Source: Takakia lepidozioides
Lineage: Eukaryota; Plantae; Bryophyta
Direction: 5' to 3'
Assembly (NCBI GenBank): GCA_030704615.1
Contig: CM060734.1
Span: 30,690,001 to 30,754,000, forward strand
Length of the DNA stretch: 64,000 bases
Part shown: positions 48,870-62,690 of the stretch, piece by piece
Layout of the letters: every line of letters starts with the position of its first letter
How positions within the stretch are numbered: position 1 is the first letter of the stretch
Translations under genes and position numbers: made by a program
Notes under the pieces: model-generated
Told to the model about the DNA's origin: nothing
What the model saw: the letters and a program-made list of their open reading frames with translations, nothing else
Database searches by the model: none

Positions 48870-51330
48870 AACCCACACCATGTTCGGGTATATCTAGAAG
48901 GCGATGTTTTATGACAGAGCCCTTGAGGCCACTGAGAGAAGACTCCGGCCGAAATTGGCGTAACTAAGAGCCACTTTGCCTCACAGCTACTGCCCCCTTT
49001 TGGGGGTGGGCCTTATAATGAAAGCAGGCTAAAGCCTGTAGGTGTCTAGGGGACACCAGATGACCAAGGGATAGGGGTACCTAGGGTACCAGGGGGGGGG
49101 TTGGATTCTACTTGCTGCTTATTAGTGATAATAGTTGTGAGGGAGCGGATGAGGTGGATTGTCTTGAAGCATTTATGGATAGGAGAGATACAAATATTTT
49201 TTTTTTGTGTATTGCAGTAATACTGGCATTGTGGATGCCACCTCTAGACGTTCCAACAGTGATGACGGTTAGTGGGCTGGTGCTCAAACCACGTTGGCGA
49301 GTTACGAGGATGAGCGGGGCATATTTCTTTCATTTGTCTAAAGTGGAGGAGTTAGGGTAATGATCATGGCAGTATGTAAATTCGACAAAGTGGATGGTGA
49401 GGTTTGGGGAAGTAGTAGTGGGCGGGGGGGCGTTTATGGATAAACCATCCAGACAAGCAAGATGTCTGGGCATAGTCTGGCGGAGCAAGTGCAGGGTGAG
49501 TGGGGGCAGACACATGGGAGTAACCATGGCGGGACAATATGGTCTAGGGGTCTGCCTTGGTAGGTGCCGGCGTTAATGAGTGAGAATTACCATCTGGTTT
49601 CAGTGCAGTGCATGAGAAGTTATGAATATGCTAGACTGAGTGGTTGTGTCGAGTTATACGAAGTCAGTGGATGACAAGGTGGGTACACTGGCTGAGGAGG
49701 TAAGGCCGTCCTTGATGCCATATTTTTGTATAGTATTGACCTCGAATTTCTCATGGGGTCTCTTTTTACTATGAACCAAGCACAACTCAAAACTCTCACT
49801 CTTTGCCGAGAAAAATCAGTTGCACATGGGGGATTGTCGGTGACGTTAGGCTTGCATCAAGATCATGTTGGAAAATATAGAGGCGAATCCAGTATGAATC
49901 CGTTCCTATAAATTAATGCACACATTGTGTATATATATGCAATGTCCCCAAATTATCTCTCATTCAATCAGTGCTCAAACCGTAGGTTCAATATTCCTTC
50001 TATGCTGCACCTTTCTCCCTCCCTGACATCAAACAACTTGATAAAAACTTCATTCAACTCACAATACGTATATGTGGCCTCCCCACTAGCACCCCAAATG
50101 CCCTTACCCAGCTCCCAACGGACAGCTATGGCATTGGGGTCTAGCCCACTAATTATTTCTTATGCCCGCACTACACAACTACAATAAGTCCTTAATGCTC
50201 CGGGGCAACTAGGTCTAATCTTAGAGAACTTCTCAAAATCCTCGCTTCAAAATATAATGGACTCTATTCCCTCACATCTCTCCACCCACAATCTTGCCTT
50301 CACTCCCCTACTGCCTGAACGTTGTTCATTCTGCATCAAATGAAAAATAAGCATACAAACCGCCTCCCGGGATACCCTAATACCACCTCACCTCTCAAAC
50401 AGGCATGGCTAACCCATTTCTTTCCCAATTCGAGAACTTACACCCTCGCCAGAAAACGCCCATCCTCACCTACTTTAAAGAGAGACACATAACGAAACTC
50501 ACCCAACTTACTACAGCCACCGGTAACCAGTTACTTACCCCTAATGAATTCACTCTCAAATACTCCAGAGCTACTGTCAAAACATGCCGATACTATTCCA
50601 TCTCCACTCTCTATTTTGTCATCCGTCCGCATCTTGCACACTTGACTGCGACCTTCCATGCACACTCTTCCCTCATTGTGAACAAGATCTCCTCCCTAAA
50701 TACATAACAACCCCGGCTGCCTCTATATTTCATATGCTCAAAACCTCTTAAGATGACACCAATCATACAAATAATACCCCCTCCCAACCACCTAACACTC
50801 AAGAAGCAAAGCCAAACCCACCCTCACCTCCCTCCTCTGACCCGATTACTCACGACACCATTCCCAGCCCATTACAACCCCACAAACGATCAACAGACAT
50901 CCCCTCGCCCCTAATTCCGCATCTAACCAACCCTGACACCCTGAGGCCTTAGTCATTGAAGCTATTTAAGGGATCAAAACTCAAATCTCTATTGACGCGT
51001 TTGGTGCTACCTTCATTGACACATACTACCTCTGCAAATGGTCTGGCTATTCATCGGAAGACAACACATTGGCAAATCAAAGATGACTTATTTGGGACTC
51101 ATGACGACTGCGAACCAGTCCATAACCTTGCCCTACTTACTTTATTTCATAAGACGACTAACGCCAGTTACCTTGCTCACACCCATCAACGTCATGTATC
51201 CCAAACCCAACAGAGGACGCACGTCCCACAACGCCCTTAGTTGCCCCCCGTATGTACATATATGTATCAAACTGCAAACCCCGACAAAGACATTATACAC
51301 AACTCCCCAATAATACGCTCTGGCCACTGT
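48870..51330. mobile_element. Degenerate non-LTR retrotransposon with a restriction-like endonuclease C-terminus; two oppositely oriented segments, continuing at 55163-55249 and 63242-63400
   Basis: Minus strand ~49730-49100 reads 'LLSQC...RITRHNHSV...IHFVEFTYCHD...K.KKYAPL...ITVG..RGGIH' (Zn knuckle, RHN, PD-(D/E)xK-like). Plus strand has 'LNAPGQLG' and 'NPDKDI', and the frame resumes 'YAQNGGYIG...LTWLWHKY' and 'FATKICWLVDRY' after each CACTA. Confidence 0.55.
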
Positions 51331-54300
51331 CACTAGTACAGATTATCGTTTTTATGACTGCAATCACTACATTTTGTAGTGATAAGTACGATAACGACTA
51401 CATCACTATGCAGTAACAAACACGAAATCAGTTCTACCAACACTGTGGAGTGATGGTCGTCACTGCATACGTGGCACCTACCCAACGACTCAGAGTGACG
51501 TGGCGTGTAGTGTTGTAGTCATAACTATACGACTACAAGGCTACATGTCATGACTACACTTACGACTAATCACTACAGATGAGCGCCAACATGGATATTT
51601 CTCTCCATGACACACATGACCCCCCGGATGTACATGACTACACGACTGTACCCTATGACTACCCTTATGACTATATCACTACTCACTACATCACTCAGGG
51701 TAGCATGTGGTATATGTCATGACTACAAATATGACTCCGTCACTATAGCTTTATACTAGTTCTGGTAGGTCATCTAACACGTGTCTTTATTCGATTAGTT
51801 TTATAAAACCATTAACATTATTTTATTTATTAATTTCATGGAAATTTTATTATCGTTTTGATATTCAGATATGTTTAAATATACAAAGCAATATATTTAA
51901 TTGAATGAAAGAATTTCACACACAAATACATAGATTGTCTCTGGAATTTCGATCATACTGCAAAAATCCAATGGGAAAAATGTTCCCATGGATGCCACAG
52001 AGGCTCTACAATCAAGAAGCATGAAAGGCCACATAGATAAATAACCAAGCCTCAAAAGGCTACAAGTCCCCAAGCCCACACAGGGGCAGCAGTCCACTAG
52101 TACTCCTACAATTGAAGAGCACTATTTACAAATCACCACTATGGCATATTTCAACTACATTAGACTCCAAATTGTGGTGTTTCCTACCACCTGCCCCCAC
52201 TCTCTCTAATATCATTATGGTATGGCAGAGGAGTATTACAGAGGAGCATTACTTATGCTCGCCTCTTTGATGTATAGAGCAGCATAATCGAGTGGCACCA
52301 CAGGTACCTACCCGTCCACCCACCATGCTCCCTTGCAGACCAACAAAAAAATCCACATCCACCTTGGTGCGTTTGCTGTCGACATCAAGTAGCCGAACAT
52401 GATCTCCCACCTTGAACTGTCATCCCAACTCCCAAATACATATTAGTATATATCAAAACTCCTTAGAAGTGTTGGACTAGCAACCAACTACATACAATAG
52501 CAGCCCAAAGCAACAACTACTCTCAGGGGATTGCCTAAAGGTCAAGGCCTCGTGTAGATAAGTTGCCAAGCACTTCCGATCCTCATAATGGAAGACTTCA
52601 GCGACAGATTGAGTCCCAAGGAATAGACCATCTACCCATGCAGGTTTTTTGTAGCTATTGATCCACATGGAACCATAGGTAATCTTGTGCTTGAAATCTG
52701 GCCCTCTCGGATGAATTTGGACCCACACTCTATCTCTGCTCCTTCAGGTATCCATGCTCTGCACAAATCATGCATTCATCTTTGCATTGCTGCTAGCAAG
52801 CTAACAATGACAGCCTAGATTTGTTCTAGGAAACTCCCCAACGAGCTAACTTACAGCATTCAATATGCATCTCAGGGCCGATTTGATGAGAGGGCAAAAC
52901 AGGTTGAAATAGGTGGAAAGAAGGTGCCCTCACCACATTGTCCTCCTCGACCTTGTGTCATGACCCATGGAGGATTTGACTTGACCATGAACCCAAGAAG
53001 ACCTCTTGTATGTGGTGCTTGCGTCTGTAGTCAGGTAATGTCGAATTGGTCTGTGAGAACCACCACGGTTGAGCGGGCAGAGATTGAAACACGGCCTGCG
53101 AAGACCAAGCTGACTCTCCCAAGAACCTTGTAAACATCAGGAAGAATACCAAATCATGGTACTAAGAGGAACCAAGAGCCCAGACTAGATGACTCTGACA
53201 AAGTGTGCAAGAGAACATACACTTTTGAGATGGAGAACATCATATCATAATACAACCGTCAACCATAATCAGGGTTGACATCTCAACAATACTTCCACCC
53301 ACTAACCAGCTAACTTGTAGAATTTAACATGGAAATTTAGGGCCGATTCTGATAAGAGGGAAAAACAGGGTGAAATGTGTTGAAGAAGGTGCCTTGATTA
53401 CCAGTGCTGATTTAATCATCAGTTGTGCCGCTGCTGCTGCGGCATCCAGTGACCATCTACCCATGCAGGTTTCTTGTAGCTATTGACGAAGGTGCTCATA
53501 GGTCTCCAAAGCCTCCATCCGCGCGCCCTTTGCAGTGTATATCCTGCAATCATCGCACTCCACGACACCACATCTTGTTCAACCATACTTTTGAACACTC
53601 CCTTTGCATCCTCGATGCACCCACATTTTGCATACATGTCCACGAGAGTGCTGTTCAGAATAACATCGGGTACAATTCCAGCTCTGACAATGTCACCATG
53701 GACCACTTTGCACTTTTCCAGGGCTGCCAGGCTTGCACATGCATTGCAAATGTAATCAAACGTGATGTGGTCGGGCTTCACCCCTTCCGCCATCATTTGA
53801 TCGTAGGTCTCCAAAGCCTCCTTCCCGCGGCCTTGTTGTGCATACCCCGCAAGCATCGTTCAGCCATACTGTTGCAAACTCCCTTCGCATCCTCGATGCA
53901 TCCACATCGCATACATGTCCACGAGGGTATTGTTCAGAATGACGTCGGGTACAATTTCAGCTCTGATGATGTCACCATGAACCGTTTTTGCCCTTTTCCG
54001 GCTGCCAGGCTCGCACACGCATTGCACATACAAACGAACGTGACCAGGTCTATGTGACCAGGTCTGGCTTTACCCTTTCCCACATCATTTGTTCATAGGT
54101 CTCCAATGCCTCCATCCCGCATCCATGCTGGAGAATATCCCGCGATCATCACACTCCAGGACACGACATTTCGTTCAGCCATATTCTCAAACACTCCCTT
54201 TGCATCTCAATACTGCCACATTTGGCATACATGTCCACGAGGGTATTGTTCAGAATGACATCGGTACAATTCCAAATTTGACAATGGCACCATGGACCTT

Positions 54301-55159
54301 TTACCCTTCTCCAGTGGTGCCAGGCTTGCACACGCATTGCAAACACAAACGAACGTGACCCGGTCTGGCTTCACCCCTTCCCGCATTATTTGCTCATACG
54401 TATCCGAAGCCTCTATACCACGCCCCCGCTGTGCATATCCTCTCCCTTCCTGCATCATTTGCTCAAGAATAAGCTCAAGGAAGCTGCATCAGTTGCTCAA
54501 GAATAGGTCGCAAAGCCTCAATCCCACGCCCCTGCATTGCACATATCATGCGATCATCCCGTTCCATGACAGTTCTCACTGCTTCGGCTCGATACTACGA
54601 AAACATATGGTAGCGCGGGAGACAAAAGGAGGCTAAGTCCAACCCTATGTGTTCACGGCTGAACGTGGGCAACCCTAAAGCAACTTTTTAAATTTTTTAA
54701 CCTTTTGCACTTTGTGTCATTCCATTGACGCAAGTGCTTAGATGGATGAGGTCATCCAATAGATGAACCCATTCGTGTACATGCCTTAAGATGCCACGTG
54801 TAGTGATGTAGTCATATAAACATAGTTGTGAAATCTCATGTAGTCATGTAGTCATAAGCTTCTATGGCATGTTATCAATGCGTAGTAATGGTGTAGTCAT
54901 TTAGTCATAAGCTTATATGGCACGTGTTTGACGTGTAGTAGTGCGTCTGACTACTAGTTATATAAACCAAGCCTATGTTCTTGGTCAACAATGTTTGACC
55001 GCAGCTCCTAATCATGTAGTAATATGTATGACTTCATTAGATTAAAATATATTAAAATATGCCCAACAATGGGTTTCATCACTCTGTAGTCACATATATA
55101 GTCATGATTACCAAGGTTTATATCACCCCTAGTCATAAAAACGACAATCTGTACTAGTG
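51331..55159. mobile_element. Pack-CACTA element 1 carrying PPR fragments
   Basis: 29-bp TIR CACTAGTACAGATT(A/G)TCGTTTTTATGACT with one mismatch, ACTAC/GTAGT subterminal repeats, flanks TGT/AGT (imperfect 3-bp TSD). No transposase. Confidence 0.85.
53419..54570 (-). pseudogene. PLS-class PPR gene fragments
   Basis: 'LVDMYAKCG...A..VF..M...DVVSWSAMIAGY' and 'GVKPDHITF..IC.ACASLAALE.GK.VH' repeats with frameshifts. Confidence 0.9.
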
Positions 55160-56799
55160 AGTATGCCCAAAATGGTGGTTATATTGGATTAATTCTCAAC
55201 GACAGTTTGACTTGGTTGTGGCACAAATACTCCGCTTCAACCACATACACACTACAAGGAATCGCCGATTTAACGACTGGCGAAACGACTGCACAGTGAG
55301 TCGTTGCAGACAAAAAACGACTGGGCAACTCGGAGTGCCAACAGACTAGTCTCTTCGGACAGCCCAGTCGTTTCAGTCATGACGTGGTTGGAGTGATTTC
55401 GGTCAGTCCTTCCACCAACTGCGGCTCAAATTTTTTTTTGTTTTTTTTGGGGGGGGGGGCACGTGGCAGCGCCGTGCGCGGCGTTGACTGAATATTGGAC
55501 CTTGACCAAGTGGACTTTTGACCCAGGGGGTGCAACTTCCCCGCGTGGCTATGGGGCGAAATGCCACGTGTTCTCTATCGTGGATGTAGCCATGTGTAGG
55601 CCTGAGGCCACACCGCGTGGCGCAATAAGTTGTCTTTGTCTTTACGACTTGCAAGTGGAGTCGACAACTAGAGTGTTGAAGTGATAGATGCAACTGGAGG
55701 TTTGAAATGCACTACTTCACTAGTGATATACATCGACTGTGGGTTGGGAACCAGGCATTCGTAGTGGTTGCAATGACTTGGGGGCTGCAGCTTGTGGTTT
55801 GTACATGTGCAATCCCATTTTTACTGTCTCCGCATAACAACACAACACAATCCCTAGCAGTCACTGATCATCCCATTGCGGATGTGATTGAGACTGGAAA
55901 ACATACATGGCATCCCATCAAAGCACGAAAAAAAATAACATGATGAAGAACACATGACATTGTATTAAGATAATACCTCAAAACCGTCCCATACTTTGCA
56001 CAAACTCATGAGTCCGTAACGACCATGCTTGGAACTTTAAAAAAAATTGTCGCATATGGAGAGAGCACAAAACTTGCTATTCTCCAGATTATACATAATA
56101 CAACCCTAGCTTGCATGATGTCTTCACCTCTTTCCTAGGCTGGCACAAGCTGCATTCAAAAGACATATGACGAAAACCTGTACAGAATCACCCTTCCGAT
56201 AGTTGGCCTCAACATACTTCTGCATACACTGACAGCGAGCATATGAGTGTTCATTTTACTCCGAGACCGCATCTGTTTAGGCATAATGCAGGTCAACATA
56301 TGAGCATATGTTATGCTCCCACATTTGGCATGCATGTTTAATGTTAAAGATGATACCCCCTTCCACCAGTCTGAAGTCCAACAAACTATGATTCAACCCT
56401 AGCATTTTGCATGATTCAAAACTTCCATACAAACCTCTGCACATGAAAAAGAGAAGTCTCCTTCAGAGGACATGCTTTTTGCTATATTTTGAGAAGGAAA
56501 TCGCCGTCTGTGACATGGGAATTAACTGTATCAACCTGTTGTGTCCTTGCCTGGAACTCCATAGCGTACATGGACTTAGAACTATAACCAGACTCTGCTC
56601 TCACAGCAGCTACCTGTGTTTCACCCACAGACAGTAAGACAAACAAAATTAGTCCACTATAAAGGGATTAGAAAACTGAAGCCAAAACGACCATGCTTAG
56701 CAATGTTGTTAGGCCTACTTGACTATATGCATTTGTCATATGGGATGACAACTCAAGCTCCAACCATGCCAAAACTTTAGAATCTATTTAGCTTTTCAC

Positions 56800-57245
56800 C
56801 CATGACAGGCATATCCTGCAATCATCGAGTTCCATGACATCCCATCATCTCATTAGCCATATTCTCAAACACCCCTTTGCATCCTCAATGCTCCCATGTT
56901 TGGCACACATTTTTATCAGTTCAAAATGACATGTGGAATGATTCCAACTTTGACGATGTCACCATGGAGCTATTTTCCTCGTATGTCAAGCTTGCACATG
57001 CATTGCAAGAGAGAGACATAAGACCTGCTAAACTACCTCCTTCCTTCCAAATGACATCTGGTACAATTCCAGCTTTGATGATGTCACCATAGACCTCTTA
57101 CCATTTTGCAGGGCTGCCAAGCTCAAGTACATGCATTTGCACAAATGCAAGTTAATGTGATGTGGTTGGGCTTCACCCCTTTCTGCAACATTTGCTCGTA
57201 GATCCAACCCCTATGCCGCCCATATCCTGCAATCATGGCACTCCC
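56800..57245 (-). pseudogene. Degenerate PPR fragment
   Basis: Nucleotide similarity to the other PPR repeats (TATCCTGCAATCAT, GGTACAATTCCAGCTTTGATGATGTCACCAT, GGGCTTCACCCC). Confidence 0.75.
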
Positions 57246-58770
57246 AGCTATTGATCCACAGGGAATCATAGGTAATCTTGTGCAAGGTAAATCTGGCCCT
57301 CTTGGATGAATCTGGATCCACGCTCTATCCCTGCTCCTTCAGCTATGTATGGCTCTGCACAAATCATGCATTCATCGTTGTCTTCCTGCTAGCAGCTGAC
57401 AATGACAGCCTATATTTGTTCTAGGAAACACCCAACTCAGCTTATCACACTCATTCCTATGCTAATTTGCGTCTGGTACTCTCTGTAATTATACAGGCAT
57501 TCACCTTTTTGCCTCGGTTGTCCCACCATTGACTGGGGTCAGAAAAGTACTCATTCCACAGCTTCTTATCATCTCTGTTACATGTTTCTGGATACTTTCA
57601 TGTTGTCACTTTGGCAGTATCATGTCAAAGTCACTCCAAACTATCAAAGGTTCACTCAACGAGCTAACTTGCAGAATTCAACATGGAAGAAGAAGGATTC
57701 TGATAAGAGGAAAAAACAGGGTGAAATGTGTTGAAGAAGGTGCCCTCATTAGCGATTTTATCAATTGTGGCGCCGCTGCTGCTGTGGCTTCCAGTTGACC
57801 ATCTACCCATGCAGGTTTCTTGTAGCTATCCTTCCACGGTGAGAAGCTGGCCATTGGTTTTGGCATATCCACGGGAAATGATAGTGGGGTCTATCCAGCA
57901 TAGGTGGGAAGTCAGCCCATAATTGCACTTGACTGAAGGGGTGATATTGGACTGACTTTGGTGACAGTGGATGGAATCAGAGTGCTGTTCTAATTTTGGG
58001 TTTGGGTGGTATGGCTGAACGAGATGTGGTGTCGTGTTTGTTGCATGAATTCTAGGCTGTCATTGTCAGTTGCTAGCAACAAGGCAAGGATGTATGCATG
58101 ATTTGTCCAGAGGCATGGATAGCTAAAGGAGCAGGGATGGAGTGTGGGTCCAGATTCATCCAAGAGGGTCGGATTTCAAGCTTCAGATCACCTATGACTC
58201 CCTGTGGAAGGATAGCTATAAGAAACTTGCATGGGTAGATGGTCAACTGGAAGCCGCAGCAGCATCGGCACGATTGATAAAATCAGGCACTGCTCATGAA
58301 GGCACCTTCTTCAACACGTTTCACCCTGTTTTTACCTCTTATCAGAATCGGCCCTAAATGTTGAATTCTGCAAGTTAGCTGGTTGAGTGAACCTTAAATA
58401 GTTTGAAGTGACTTTGACATGATACTGCCAATGTGACAACATGATAAGTATCCAGAAACAGGTAACAGAGACGAGAAGAAGTTGTGGAATGAATACTTTT
58501 CTGACCCAGTCAACAGTGGGACAATCGAGCAAAAAGGTGAATGCCTGTTGGATTACAAAGAGTAGCAGATGCAATTGAGCATAGGAACTAGAGTGATAAG
58601 TTGAGTTGGGTGTTTCCTAGTACAGATGTAGGCTGTCATTGTCAGCTGCTAGTAGCAAGGCAAGGATGTATGCATGATTTGTGCAGAGGCATGGATAGCT
58701 GAAGGAGCAAAGATAGAGTGTGGGTCCACATCATCCAAGAGGGCCGCATTTCAAGCTCCACATTACCTAC
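57245..58770. repeat. Internal ~590-bp inverted repeat (57245-57838 vs 58200-58770), with extra partial copies at 58050-58210, 52625-52850 and 53305-53485
   Basis: For example, 57421-57560 is the reverse complement of 58480-58620. Confidence 0.85.
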
Positions 58771-58771
58771 G

Positions 58772-61490
58772 CAAAGAAAAATTCATTTTCCTCCTCCCCC
58801 ACATCATGCAATACAAAGCGCTTGTCAGGCACATACCCCGCCTCCTTCATCTTCCCAGACAATCTTCTCAACTCAGCATGGATTTCCTTAATTCTGGGAT
58901 GCAACTTGTCATCTACAACGAAGGTGTGAATCATGTTGCCAACCTCAATGTAGCAGCGACCTGGCTCGTTTTTAACCCTTTGACCTTCATCATTCTTCTC
59001 ACCTTTGCAGTATCATCCCACCAGGTGTCAGCTGCAGCATAGATGTTGAGAGCAACACATAAGTCGCGACATCCTGTTCAGCCCACATGAGGATAGATGT
59101 TGCTGCATGTTAAGCCATCTCCACATTGCCATGATTCTACAGGCACCAAGCATGGCCTTCCACACCACAGCACCTGGATTTATGAGCATTTTATTAATCA
59201 GGTCCACTGCCTCATCCGGTTGTCCCGCACGTCCAAGAAGGTCCACCCTGCAGCCAAAATGCTTTACTGTCGTAGTGACACCATGATCTTGACTCAGGGA
59301 ATCAAAGTAGCGTCTTCCTTCATTCAATAGGCCAGCGTGGCTGCATGCAGAGAGAACACATATAAAGGTGATATTGCTCGGCTTCAAGCCGTTCTTTTGC
59401 CTTCCTTCAAATAGTTGCACGACCTCCCTATGACAACCATGATGTGCATATCCTGGGATCATCGCATTCCATGACACCACATCTCGTTCAATCATATTGT
59501 CGAACACTCCATTTGCATCTTGCATGCACCCACATTTGGCATACATGTCCACCAAGGCAGTGTTCAAGATCACATCTGGGGTACAATTCCAGCTTTGACG
59601 ATGTCGCCATGCACCTCTTCACCCTTTCCAGGGCTGCCAGGCTTGCACACGCACTGCAAACGCACACAAATGTGATGTGGTCGGGCTTCACCCCGTCGCA
59701 CATCATTTGCTCATAGGTCTCCAAAGCCTCCATCCCATATCCCTGCTGTGCAAACCCTGCAAGCATCGCACTCCACGACACCACATCTTGTTCAGCCATA
59801 GTGTTGAACACTCCCTTTGCATCCTCGATGCACCCACATTTTGCAAACATGTCCACTAGGGTCTTGTTCAAAATGACATCTGTACAATTCCAGCTCTGAA
59901 GATGTCGCCATGCACCTCTTTCCCCTTTTCCAGAGCTGCCAGGGCAGTGTTCAGATTGACATTTGGAACAATTCCAGCTTTGATGATATCCCCATGCACC
60001 TCTTTGCCCTTCTCCAGGGCTGCCAGGCTTGCACAAGCATTGCAAATGCACACAAACATGATGTGTTTCCCCCATCATTTGCTCATAGGTCTCCAAAGCC
60101 TCCATCCCATGTCCCTGCAAGCATCGCACTCCACGACACCACATCTCGTTCAGCCATAGTGTCAAACACTCCCTTTGCATCGTAGATGCATCCACATTTT
60201 GAAAACATGTCCACCAGGGTATTGTTCAGAATGACAGTTGGTACAATTCCAGCTCTGAAGATGTCGCCATGGACCTCTTTCCCCTTTTCCAGAGCTGCCA
60301 TGGCAGTGTTTAGAATGACATTTGGTGCAATTCCAGCTTTGACGATATCCCCATGCACCTCTTTGCCCTTCTCTAGGGCTGTAAGGCTAGCATGACGCCA
60401 CATCTTGTTCAGCCATAGTGTTGAATACTCCCTTTGCATCCTAGATGCACCCACATTTTGCAAACATGTCCACCAGGGTCTTGTTCAGAATGAATTAATC
60501 TGGTACAATTCCAGCTCTGAAGATGTCGCCATGGACCTCTTTCCCCTTTTCCAGAGCTGCCAGGGCAATGTTCAGAATGACGTTTGGTACAATTCCAGCT
60601 TTGATGATATCCCCATGCACCTCTTTGCCCTTCTCCAAGGCTACCAGGCTTGCACAAGCATTGCAAATGCACACAAACATGATGTGCTTCCCCCATCATT
60701 TGCTCATAGGTCTCCAAAGCCTCCATCCCACGTCCCTGCTGTGCATACCTGCAAGCAGCGCACTCCACGACACCACATCTCCTAGGTCTCCAAAGCCTCC
60801 ATCCCACATCCTTGCTGTGCATACCCTGCAAGCATCGCACTCCACGACACCACATCTCGTTCAGCCATAGTGTCGAACACTCCCTTTGCATCCTCGATGC
60901 ACCCACGTTTTACACAAAATGTCCACTAGGGCAATGTTCAGAATGACATTTGCTACAATTCCAGCTCTGACGATGTCACCATGGATCTCTTTGCCCTCTT
61001 CCAGAGTTGCCAGGGCAGTGTTCAGAATGACATTTGGTACAATTACAGCTTTGATGATGTCTCCATGCACCTCTTTGCCCTTTTCCAACGCTGCCAGGCT
61101 TGCACAAGCATTGCAAATGCACACAAACGTGATGTGGTCGGGCTTCACCCCTTCCCCCATCATGTGATCATCGGTCTCCAAGCCTCCATATCTGCTGTAC
61201 ATGCCCTGCAAGCATCACGTTCCATGACACTAATGACATCTGGTACACTTCTAGCTTTGAAGATGTCACTGTGGACCTCTTCCCCCTTTTCCAGGGCTCC
61301 CAGGCAAACACAACCACAATCGTGATGTGGTTCGGCTTCACCCCTTTGTGCATCATTCGCTCATCCAAAGCATCGTACCACATACATATATGAATTTGCT
61401 GAAATGCTCCTTGGTTTAAAGTCTGTAGAGCCTCTTTCAGTTTGCCTACCTCACAAAGCATCTTCACATGCACAGAAGAGCCAGAAGAAG
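58772..61490 (-). pseudogene. PLS-E-DYW PPR (organellar RNA-editing factor) pseudogene, truncated before the deaminase HxE motif
   Basis: N-terminus 'MLCEVGKLKEAL', many P-L-S repeats, 'LSACSHAGL..EG...F', 'VDLLGRAG', 'VWKAMLGAC', then PG box 'EPGRCYIEV...HTFVVDDKLHP...GYVPD...VLHDV.EEE'. Confidence 0.92.
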
Positions 61491-61504
61491 CATTATGGAC
61501 TCCC

Positions 61505-61710
61505 TCTCTTGATCCTCTTTCCAGAAGCCAACGCGCTAACTTACATAATTCAGTATGCATCTCAGGGCTGAGCCTCAGTCCCGCGCCCAAGCTGTGCATA
61601 TCTGCCCTCAGGAATCTTGGCTCATAGATGGCTTCCAACACCATCCCCACGGCCCCCTGCACCACTTTGTCTCCAGGACTGGCATAACAAGGCCACAGGT
61701 TGCGCTTCTA
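61505..61710 (-). pseudogene. Group II intron maturase/RT fragment
   Basis: 'ASPGDKVVQGAVGMVLEAIYEPRF...H', 'SALRCI' (shifted frame) and 'RWLLE' match the maturase pattern DKxVQxAxxMVLEAIYEPxF...HSALxxI...W. Confidence 0.7.
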
Positions 61711-61859
61711 AAGCCTCAACCTATGATTTATAGTGCAGCCATTCAGAGAGCTACGGTTTCATCTACTTAATTAGCCAAGGACTCACTCAGAATAGTGCCA
61801 AGTCTTGGTTCCTATCCATCAATTCCATAATATAGAAGGGCTTTCGCCTTTCGAGCAGT

Positions 61860-62690
61860 CCTGCGATCATGGCATTACAAAACACCACATCTCCTTCAGT
61901 CATATTGTCGAACACTCCCTTTGCATCCTCGATGCACCCACAATTGGCATACATGTCCATGAGGGTATTGTTCAGAACAATATCTGGTTCAATTTCCGCT
62001 TTGATGATGTCACCATGGACCTCTCTGCCCTTTTCCAGGGCTGCTAGGCTTGCACACGCATTGCAGACACAAATAAAGGTGATGTGGTTGGGCTTCACCC
62101 CTTCCCATACATTTGCTCATAGGTCTCCAAAGCCTTCATCCCGCACCCATGTTGTGCATATCCTGCAATCATTCCATTCCAAGACTCCACACTTTGTTGA
62201 GCCATATTTAGATCGAACACTCCCTTTGCATCCTCAATGCACCCACATTTAGCATACATGTCTACCAGGATACTATTCAGAATAACGTCTGGTAAAATTC
62301 CAGCTTTGACAATGTCCCCATGGACTTCTTTGCCCTTATCCAGCGCTGCCAGGCTTGCACACACACCTTGCAAACCTAACCTGGGGTGATCGGGTCGGGC
62401 TTCACCCCTTCCCTCATCATTTGCTTGTATGTCTCCAAAGCCTCTATGCCGCGCCTATGTTGTGCATAAGCTATGATCATCGCAGTCCAAGACAACACAT
62501 CTCGTTCGGCCATATTGTCCAACACTCCCTTTGCATCCTCGCTGCTCCCACATTTCGCATACATGTTCATCATAGCAGTGTTCATAACAACATCTGGTAC
62601 GATTCCAGCTTTGACAATGTCAGCATGGACCCCTTTGCCCTTTTCCAGGGCTGCCAGGATCACACACGCATTGCAAACACAAACATGGGT
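61860..62690 (-). pseudogene. PLS-class PPR fragments
   Basis: Three successive L-S-P triplets in shifting frames (ORFs 62376-62858, 62095-62373, 61787-62098). Confidence 0.9.
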
